Source: Armatimonadota bacterium
GTDB lineage: Bacteria > Armatimonadota > SYMT01
Assembly: GCA_046292385.1 (NCBI GenBank)
Contig: JBKBRF010000012.1
Location: forward strand, 81,039-145,038
DNA: 64,000 bases
Direction of reading: 5' to 3'
Shown: piece after piece, positions 57,620 through 64,000 of the stretch
How positions within the stretch are numbered: the stretch's first letter is position 1
How the letters are laid out: each line of letters starts with the position of its first letter
The notes under the pieces: generated by a model
Told to the model about the DNA's origin: nothing
The model's input: the letters and a program-made list of their open reading frames with translations, nothing else
Databases searched by the model: none
Program-made: the position numbers and the translations under genes

Positions 57620-57716
57620 GGAACGGCACGCCTTGCAGCGGTGCCGTTCCGGGGCCCTGTTCGCCTCGTTCGGCCTTCGCACTGACACGGAGGTCGAGCG
57701 GGGCGAATTTTTTTTT
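57620..57716 (+). promoter_or_regulatory. Leader paired hairpins plus terminator upstream of the STAS gene
   Basis: GGAACGGCACGC[CTTGCA]GCGGTGCCGTTCC, then GGGGC[CCTGTTC]GCCTC overlapping a terminator ending in a T run. Confidence 0.6.
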
Positions 57717-57726
57717 GACCACCCTC

Positions 57727-58521
57727 ATGCGACCCACGCCTCTCGACTCCACAGGGCCCCGGCCCCTTCAGATTTTGCGGATCCCCGGCGAGCACGGCCC
57801 CGTGCTCCGGCTGCGCGGTGAGCTTTGCGAGGAGACGGTGGAGGCGCTCCGGCGAGAGCTGGACCTGCTCATTCCGATGCAGCACCCGGGGCTGCTCGTC
57901 TCCCTCGCCGGCTGCACCCGCGTCGACGTCGACGGCATCATCGCCCTCCTCGACCTCGCCCGGGAGCTCTACCTCCGCGGCAGATCGCTGACGCTCGTCA
58001 CCGGCGGCCCGCAGGTGGCGCAGCTCCTGCACGCGGTCGGGATCGATCAGCTCCTCCCCACCTTCCCCACCGAAGCGACCGCACAGCGGGCACTCCGCGG
58101 CGGGGGAGAGCGGGAGCCGTCCGCCCCGACGTGGCAGGACGCCCGGTCCGAGACGGTGGCCCGCTGGGAGGCGATCCGCCGGCACCTGGGCGAGAGCGGC
58201 TCCGAGGATGCCGCTACCGCGCTGGCCGAGATGCACTCTCTCTGCCACCGCGCCGAAACCCTTCACGTCGCCGCCGGACATTCCGAGGGCGGGCCGCGCT
58301 GCGAGGGCTGCCCGCTGTTCCACGCGCTGGGGGGACGTGCCGAAGATGTCGGCTGCCGGGGCCTGCTCGACCCGATCTACGAGGCGCTGCGAGCTCACGA
58401 CCGTCCGGCGGCGGTCTCCTTGCTCGACCGCGCGCTCGAAACCGTCCGCACGATGCCGGTCCCGAACGGGCACGCCGGCACCCCAGGAGATGCTCTCCAT
58501 TCTCGTGACACCGACCTATAG
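57727..58521 (+). CDS. STAS (anti-anti-sigma) protein with Cys/His-rich C-terminal domain (start uncertain)
   Basis: LRLRGEL, SLAGCTRVDVDGI; C-terminal HSLCH...CEGCPLF...C. Confidence 0.8.
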   Translation: MRPTPLDSTGPRPLQILRIPGEHGPVLRLRGELCEETVEALRRELDLLIPMQHPGLLVSLAGCTRVDVDGIIALLDLARELYLRGRSLTLVTGGPQVAQLLHAVGIDQLLPTFPTEATAQRALRGGGEREPSAPTWQDARSETVARWEAIRRHLGESGSEDAATALAEMHSLCHRAETLHVAAGHSEGGPRCEGCPLFHALGGRAEDVGCRGLLDPIYEALRAHDRPAAVSLLDRALETVRTMPVPNGHAGTPGDALHSRDTDL

Positions 58522-58534
58522 GGAGAACCAACCA

Positions 58535-58954
58535 ATGACTATGCTGAGAAGCCGCGAGGAACGCGAAGCGCGGATCGCGCCGACCACCGTCCACACGTTC
58601 AATCCGACCGCGATCATCCAGAGGCTGCGATCGGAGCCGGAATACCAGTCGAACGGTCGGAACGGCATGACCCTGGCCAAGACCTCGGACCTGCGCGTAC
58701 TCCTGGAAGTGCTGTCCGAAGGCGCCGCCCTGGCAGAGCACACCGCGCCCGGCCCGATCACGCTGCAGGTGCTGGAAGGCGAGCTGCGGTTCCAGGCGGG
58801 CGAAGATGTGATCTACGTCCGCGCCGGCGAGCTGATCTCCCTCCCCATCCGGGAGCGTCACTCGGTAGAAGCACTCCGGGAGAGCGCCTTCCTGCTCACC
58901 ATCGCCCCGGAAGAAGGCCGGAAAGCCGGCTGCGGCGGCGGGTGTAAGCATTAG
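58535..58954 (+). CDS. Cupin-domain protein
   Basis: EHTAPGPITLQVLEG, RHSVEA, AFLLTI. Confidence 0.85.
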   Translation: MTMLRSREEREARIAPTTVHTFNPTAIIQRLRSEPEYQSNGRNGMTLAKTSDLRVLLEVLSEGAALAEHTAPGPITLQVLEGELRFQAGEDVIYVRAGELISLPIRERHSVEALRESAFLLTIAPEEGRKAGCGGGCKH

Positions 58955-59059
58955 GTGCCGATGGGGGTCCGGGGCCGGGTTTCAGGGGTCAGGCAGGTCG
59001 GCAGGCGGAAGGGTTCACCACTTCCAGCCGAGCCTCCGCTGGTTCCTGACCCCTGATCC

Positions 59060-60340
59060 CTAGCTCGCCGGCACCAGCCGCAGGATGAAGTCGGATCCGG
59101 GATACCGCCGGCGCGCGCGGCCATCCCGATTGCTGGTGCTCAGGTAGATGGCGCCGTCCGGGCCCTGAACCACGGCACGCAGCCGCCCGAGCTCTCCCGG
59201 CCACCAGCGCTCGATCGCCTCGATGCGGTTGGAGCTTCCCACGTCCACCCGCTGCAGGTGGGTCGTGCCGAGGCTCGTCAGGAAGAAATCGCCCCGGAGC
59301 TGCGGGAAGAGCGCTCCGTCGTAGAACATCGCCCCGCCCGGCGGCACCGCCTCGTCCGGGTAGTAGAGCACCGGCGACACCACGCCACTCCGCTGGGTGG
59401 TACCAACGACTCCCGGCCAGCCGTGATTGGCGCCCTTTCGCACGACGTAGACCGAGTCCTTCGCCTGCAGCCCGTACTCGCCGGAGGGACCGTGGCTCGC
59501 CGCCCACAGCTCCCGCGTTCCCGGGTGCCAGGCCAGCCCGGTCACGTTCCGGAACCCGTAGGCGTAGACCGGAGAGCCGGGGAACGGATTGTCCGGCGGA
59601 ACCCGCCCCTCCGGCGTGAGCCGCAGGATCTTGCCGGCCAGGCTTTCCACGTCCTGACTCAGCGCCGGCTCCCGCGCGTCGCCCGTGCCGGCGTAGAGGA
59701 GCCCGTCCGGACCGAACCCCAGCGCGCCGCCGTCGTGGAACTGCGCCGCGGGGATGTTGTCGAGGAGGATCTGCTCCTCACCGGCCTGTCCGCCCCGGTC
59801 CCGGAAGCGGGAGATCCGGTTCACGATCTTCCCGCCGGAGCGGGTCGTATACATGACGTAGACGTACGGCTGCTCGCCGAAGCGGGGATGGATGGCGATC
59901 CCCATCAGGCCCCCTTCGCCGCGGTGGACCACCGCCTCCATGTTCAGGTAGGTCTCCGGCGTGCCGTCGCCGCGCAGCACCCGGATGCGGCCCGGGCGCT
60001 CCGTGAAGAACATGCGACCGTCCGGCGCGAAGTCGAGGTCCCAGGGAATCTCCAGGTCGCGGGCGACCGTCTCGACGCGCACCGCGGGCACGCGGGAAAG
60101 CACCGTCGGCCTCGGCATCGGCGGCACTCCGCCCCGCTCCGGCGGCGCCGATAGCCGCACCGGTTCTCTCCCCGCTGCCGCCGGCTCGCCTGCCGCGGGA
60201 GCCGCATCGGCATTCACCCGCGGGGGCGGATTGCCTCCGCACCCGGCCGCCAGGAGCAGCACGGCGGCCGCCGCGCTCCAGAGCGCCGCCGCCTCCCGGC
60301 GGGAGCTGGAGTGAGATCGGGAGACTTCCGGTAACGGCAT
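59060..60340 (-). CDS. PQQ-dependent sugar dehydrogenase (GSDH family) lipoprotein
   Basis: Lipobox LAAGC; PWDLDFAPDG, HDGG, FGPDG, GKILR, YGFRN, GRLRAV. Confidence 0.9.
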   Translation of the reverse strand: MPLPEVSRSHSSSRREAAALWSAAAAVLLLAAGCGGNPPPRVNADAAPAAGEPAAAGREPVRLSAPPERGGVPPMPRPTVLSRVPAVRVETVARDLEIPWDLDFAPDGRMFFTERPGRIRVLRGDGTPETYLNMEAVVHRGEGGLMGIAIHPRFGEQPYVYVMYTTRSGGKIVNRISRFRDRGGQAGEEQILLDNIPAAQFHDGGALGFGPDGLLYAGTGDAREPALSQDVESLAGKILRLTPEGRVPPDNPFPGSPVYAYGFRNVTGLAWHPGTRELWAASHGPSGEYGLQAKDSVYVVRKGANHGWPGVVGTTQRSGVVSPVLYYPDEAVPPGGAMFYDGALFPQLRGDFFLTSLGTTHLQRVDVGSSNRIEAIERWWPGELGRLRAVVQGPDGAIYLSTSNRDGRARRRYPGSDFILRLVPAS

Positions 60341-60417
60341 GGCTCGTCCTGGGCGGGGTGAGGGACTCGGGCTCCACCCGACTCTTACCCGCCGGCACCA
60401 GGACCGAACCGGCGCGG

Positions 60418-61035
60418 TTAGTCCTCCGGCTCCGCAGGGCGCGGCACGAACGAAAGCTCCCTCGGCTCCGGGCGAAGTCTTCCCTTCCGCCGCTCGTCGC
60501 GGCCCTTCCGGGGCAGGAGCTCGGCCGGGTCCCAGTAGGCGTCGGCCAGGCCGTACTGCAGGATCTCGTCGCCGAAGAGGTAGTAGTCGGTCGAGAGGTC
60601 GCGGTCGAGCTCCTCCCGGCTGCGCCCCGTCCGGGCGCAGAGGCCGTCCGCAAGCTGCGCGTTCAGCCGCTCCAGGAACCGGGCGTTCTGCAGGAAGTTG
60701 GCGGCGAACTCCCGGCCCATCTCCCAGGAGACCTGGTGGAGCATCGCGATCGCCCCACGGACGATATACCGCCGCCGTCCCGCCGCCAGGCAGTCCGCCG
60801 CGCCGGAGAGCGCCACACCGGTGCAGAGCGTGTCGATCCGCCCGTGCTCCCGCATCAGGTTGACCAGGCTCAGCGCGTTGAAGCTGGAGCCTCCGTCCGA
60901 GCTGATCACCAGCAAGAACTCGCGGTCCCAGTGCTGGAGGATTCGCCGCACGATCTCCTCCGTCTGCTCGTCCGTAATCTCCCCGGTCAGGAACAGGAAC
61001 CGGTCTTCCGGCTTCCACTCATCCTCACGCGCCAC
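60418..61035 (-). CDS. clpP: ClpP-like protease subunit
   Basis: FLTGEI, SSDGGS, GVALSGA, MLHQ, DYYL...YGLAD. Confidence 0.8.
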   Translation of the reverse strand: MAREDEWKPEDRFLFLTGEITDEQTEEIVRRILQHWDREFLLVISSDGGSSFNALSLVNLMREHGRIDTLCTGVALSGAADCLAAGRRRYIVRGAIAMLHQVSWEMGREFAANFLQNARFLERLNAQLADGLCARTGRSREELDRDLSTDYYLFGDEILQYGLADAYWDPAELLPRKGRDERRKGRLRPEPRELSFVPRPAEPED

Positions 61036-61134
61036 GCTGTACTCTCACTTCCACCAGTTACTCCATCACCCGAGCAGTGCCTCTCCGGCAAGCGACCCGG
61101 CCTCACTCTCCGAACCCTGGACCCTATACCCTGC

Positions 61135-61977
61135 CTATCCGGCATGGTCCCGCCGTGCCGGCCGGGTGGCGACCATGCTGGTCCCGATGATCACCAGGAA
61201 CACGCCGAACAGCATCCGGAGCGCCGTGTCTTCCAGGCGGAAGACCGGGCCGATGGTGATCAGCGCCCCCAGGACCGCGCCGACGGCCATCGGCGGCACG
61301 AGGCTCCACACCACGTTCCCGCGCCGCGTGTGCGCCGACATCGCGGAGATCGAGACGGGAATGATCACCGCCAGCGAGGTCCCCTGCGCCAGGTGCTGGT
61401 CGTACCCCAGCAGCAGCGAGAGCGCCGGGACCATGACCAGCCCGCCGCCGACCCCCAGCAGCCCCGCGACCACCCCCACCAGCACGCCCACGCCGACCAA
61501 TTGAAGCGAGCGGACCAGATCGATGGCCGTCTGGGGCCCGCCGGATAGCGGCACGGTCGCGCGGAGCACCATCACGACACCGGTCGCGACGACGAATACG
61601 CCGAAGATTCGCCGGAGCTGCTTCGCACCGATCGCGTTGGCGATCATCGCACCCAGAACCCCGCCGACCACCCCCCCCACCGCCAGCCAGACCACCACCC
61701 AGAGCTGCAGGCCGGGGTCGTGCCGCCGCAGCGCCTCCGCGTGGTAGAGCCAGGCGGCGGCCAGCGCTGTGGGCAGGATGACCGCCAGCGAGGTACCGAC
61801 CGCGCGGTGCTGGCGCAGGCGGAACTGCCAGACCATCGCGGGCACCATCACGAGTCCACCGCCGATTCCCAGCAGCGCGCTCCCGACCCCGGCTACCAGC
61901 CCGATGAAGAAGGCGGTAACGGGCGAGTGAGTGATTTCAGGGCGCTCCTGCGCCGGCGTAGGGTTTGTCTCAGACAC
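61135..61977 (-). CDS. TauE/SafE-family sulfite exporter
   Basis: Duplicated LLG(I/V)GGGLVMVP and A.GTSLAVI. Confidence 0.9.
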   Translation of the reverse strand: MSETNPTPAQERPEITHSPVTAFFIGLVAGVGSALLGIGGGLVMVPAMVWQFRLRQHRAVGTSLAVILPTALAAAWLYHAEALRRHDPGLQLWVVVWLAVGGVVGGVLGAMIANAIGAKQLRRIFGVFVVATGVVMVLRATVPLSGGPQTAIDLVRSLQLVGVGVLVGVVAGLLGVGGGLVMVPALSLLLGYDQHLAQGTSLAVIIPVSISAMSAHTRRGNVVWSLVPPMAVGAVLGALITIGPVFRLEDTALRMLFGVFLVIIGTSMVATRPARRDHAG

Positions 61978-62096
61978 GGTGCTTACTTACCCGCCCCAGG
62001 GCTATCGCCCTCCCGCGCAAGCGCACCGCGCGGAAACAACAGGATTGTTGTTATCATCGTCTGGACGATAGTCGTCTGAACATGTAAATCTATCGT

Positions 62097-62588
62097 GTGA
62101 CGCCCCCCAAGGAACCGAACAGCCCCCGACCCCCTCGCTTCGACTCGCCGGAGCAGGAGGCGTACCTCAGCCTGTGGCGGACGTACGACCGCTTGCGCCA
62201 GCTGGAAGACGAGCTGTTCGGCCGCTTCGAGCTGACCGCCCAACAGTACAACGCCCTGCGCCTCCTGGGCGCCGTCCATCCGGAGCGACTCCCCACCCTC
62301 GTGATTGCCGGCAAGCTGATCTCTCGCGCTCCGGACATCACGCGGCTGCTCGACCGGCTCGAGCAGCGGGAGCTGGTGCGGCGGGAACGGCTGCCGGAAG
62401 ACCGCCGGACGGTGATCGTCGGCATCACGGAGCAGGGATTGGGGCTGCTGGAAGAGCTGCAGGGAGCCGTGCGGGACTGCCACTGTCGCCAGCTCGGGCA
62501 CCTCACCGCGGAAGAGCTCCACATGTTGACCAGGCTGCTGCGGCGAGCGCGCTCGCCCCACGAATCCTCCGAGAGTAGCTGGCGGTGA
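62097..62588 (+). CDS. MarR-family regulator
   Basis: QYNALRLL, PDITRLLDRLE, DRR...ITEQG. Confidence 0.9.
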   Translation: MTPPKEPNSPRPPRFDSPEQEAYLSLWRTYDRLRQLEDELFGRFELTAQQYNALRLLGAVHPERLPTLVIAGKLISRAPDITRLLDRLEQRELVRRERLPEDRRTVIVGITEQGLGLLEELQGAVRDCHCRQLGHLTAEELHMLTRLLRRARSPHESSESSWR

Positions 62589-62620
62589 TCCCGCCGATCT
62601 CTGTTCCCAAGGAAGGTCCG

Positions 62621-63919
62621 ATGAACTCTACCGACAACCTCCCCACCAGCCACACCGACGTCGTGGTGATCGGCGGCGGCCCGGCCGGGGCCACCACCTC
62701 CACCCTTATCGCGCAGCAGGGATTCCAGGTCCGGCTCTTCGAGCGGGATCACTTTCCCCGGTTCCACATCGGAGAGTCGCTCATCCCGGAGACCTACTGG
62801 GTGCTCAAGCGGCTCAACATGCTCGACAAGATGAAGCAGAGCCACTTCGTGAAGAAGTGCTCGGTCCAGTTCGTCAACTCGCGGGGGCGGATCTCGGAGC
62901 CGTTCTACTTCACCGACCACCGCCCGCACGAGTGCTCCGAGACCTGGCAGGTGCGCCGCAGCGAGTTCGACACGATGATGCTGGAGAACGCGGCGGAGCA
63001 CGGCGTGGAGGTGAACCAGGGGGTGCGCATCCGCGAGGTGCTCTTCGACGGCGACCGCGCGCTCGGCGTGATCATCCAGCGCGAGGACGGAAGCCAGGAA
63101 AGGGTGCTGGCTAAGGTGGTGGTCGACGCGAGCGGCCAGAGCCACCTGATCGGCAGCAAGTTCCAGCTTCTGGAGAGGGATCCGAAGCTGAAGAAGGGCG
63201 CGGTTTGGACCTACTGGAAGGGCGCCTACCGCGACGAGGGTCGGGACGAGGGCGCCACGATCGTCCTCCAGACCGAAGACAAGCGGGGCTGGTTCTGGTA
63301 CATCCCGCTCCACGACGACATCGTCAGCGTGGGGATCGTCCGTCCCTTCGACGAGCTGTTCACCGGCAACCGGGACCACGAGACGATCTACCAGGACGAG
63401 CTGGAGAAGTGCCCCGAGGTGAAGCGGCGCGTCCTGATGGGCGAGCGCTGCGACCAGTACCGCGCCATCAAGGACTACACCTACAAAGCTGCCCGCTGCG
63501 CCGGTGACAACTGGGTGCTGGTTGGCGACGCGCACGGCTTCCTCGACCCGCTCTACTCCTCCGGCGTGCTCCTGGCGCTGAAGAGCGGCCAGCTCGCCGC
63601 GGATGCGGTGGTGGAGGGGCTGCGGAAGGGCGATACCTCCCAGGCCCAGCTCGGCAAGTGGGGGCCGGACTTCAACCGCGGCATGGCCTACATGCGGGAG
63701 TTGGTGGTCGCCTACTACGAAGGCTTCAGCTTCGGCCGCTTCGTGCGGAAGTACCCGCACTTCAAGGGGCACCTCACCGACCTGCTGATCGGCAATCTCT
63801 GGCTGGAAGGGATCGAGGAGGTCTTCCCTCCGCTGCGGGAGATGCTGGAGGAGTTCCGCGCGGAGAAGGCGGCTCGGGAATCGGAAGCCGCCGCGGCCCC
63901 GGCGACCGCCACGGCCTAG
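62621..63919 (+). CDS. FAD-dependent oxidoreductase, flavin-dependent halogenase family
   Basis: GGGPAG, FPRFHIGESL, WFWYIP (WxWxIP), GDAHGFLDPLYSSG. Confidence 0.88.
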   Translation: MNSTDNLPTSHTDVVVIGGGPAGATTSTLIAQQGFQVRLFERDHFPRFHIGESLIPETYWVLKRLNMLDKMKQSHFVKKCSVQFVNSRGRISEPFYFTDHRPHECSETWQVRRSEFDTMMLENAAEHGVEVNQGVRIREVLFDGDRALGVIIQREDGSQERVLAKVVVDASGQSHLIGSKFQLLERDPKLKKGAVWTYWKGAYRDEGRDEGATIVLQTEDKRGWFWYIPLHDDIVSVGIVRPFDELFTGNRDHETIYQDELEKCPEVKRRVLMGERCDQYRAIKDYTYKAARCAGDNWVLVGDAHGFLDPLYSSGVLLALKSGQLAADAVVEGLRKGDTSQAQLGKWGPDFNRGMAYMRELVVAYYEGFSFGRFVRKYPHFKGHLTDLLIGNLWLEGIEEVFPPLREMLEEFRAEKAARESEAAAAPATATA

Positions 63920-64000
63920 ACTCACCTCCCCGGGGGAGGAGCGATCCGCCCCCAGGCCTTATGGTGACGGAAGTGTTGCAGGCAATTAACCCGCAAGTCC

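Overview
High-GC bacterial window; Armatimonadota-like is a guess from the gene families. Positions 1 to ~40,965 are the right-hand part of an apparently intact HK97-type siphovirus prophage. It carries early/accessory genes, a short tyrosine recombinase, lysis genes, TerS/TerL, a portal-MuF fusion, protease, capsid, neck, tail tube, a frameshifting tail chaperone, tape measure, tail tip genes and several cargo islands. The prophage ends at a displaced 3' half of tRNA-Leu(CAA) (attR-like); its left end and integrase lie outside the window. The most striking unexplained signal is an identical 18-bp perfect palindrome, TTATGCCACGTGGCATAA, found five times, always intergenic, at module boundaries of the prophage. 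Two copies bracket a ~6.5-kb cargo cassette: LuxR, ECF sigma/anti-sigma, a second ECF, a MauE-double-thioredoxin fusion, a secreted 12-Cys peptide, a pseudopilin and a membrane protein. A RosmerTA-like pair follows. Positions ~41,000-64,000 are host DNA: KimA-like permease, DUF362, ferredoxin, USP, a SigB/PAS-kinase/PP2C/ANTAR signalling cluster with three leader terminators preceded by paired hairpins, GSDH, ClpP-like, TauE, MarR and a flavin-dependent halogenase-like gene. All calls come from reading motifs by eye; no database searches were run.
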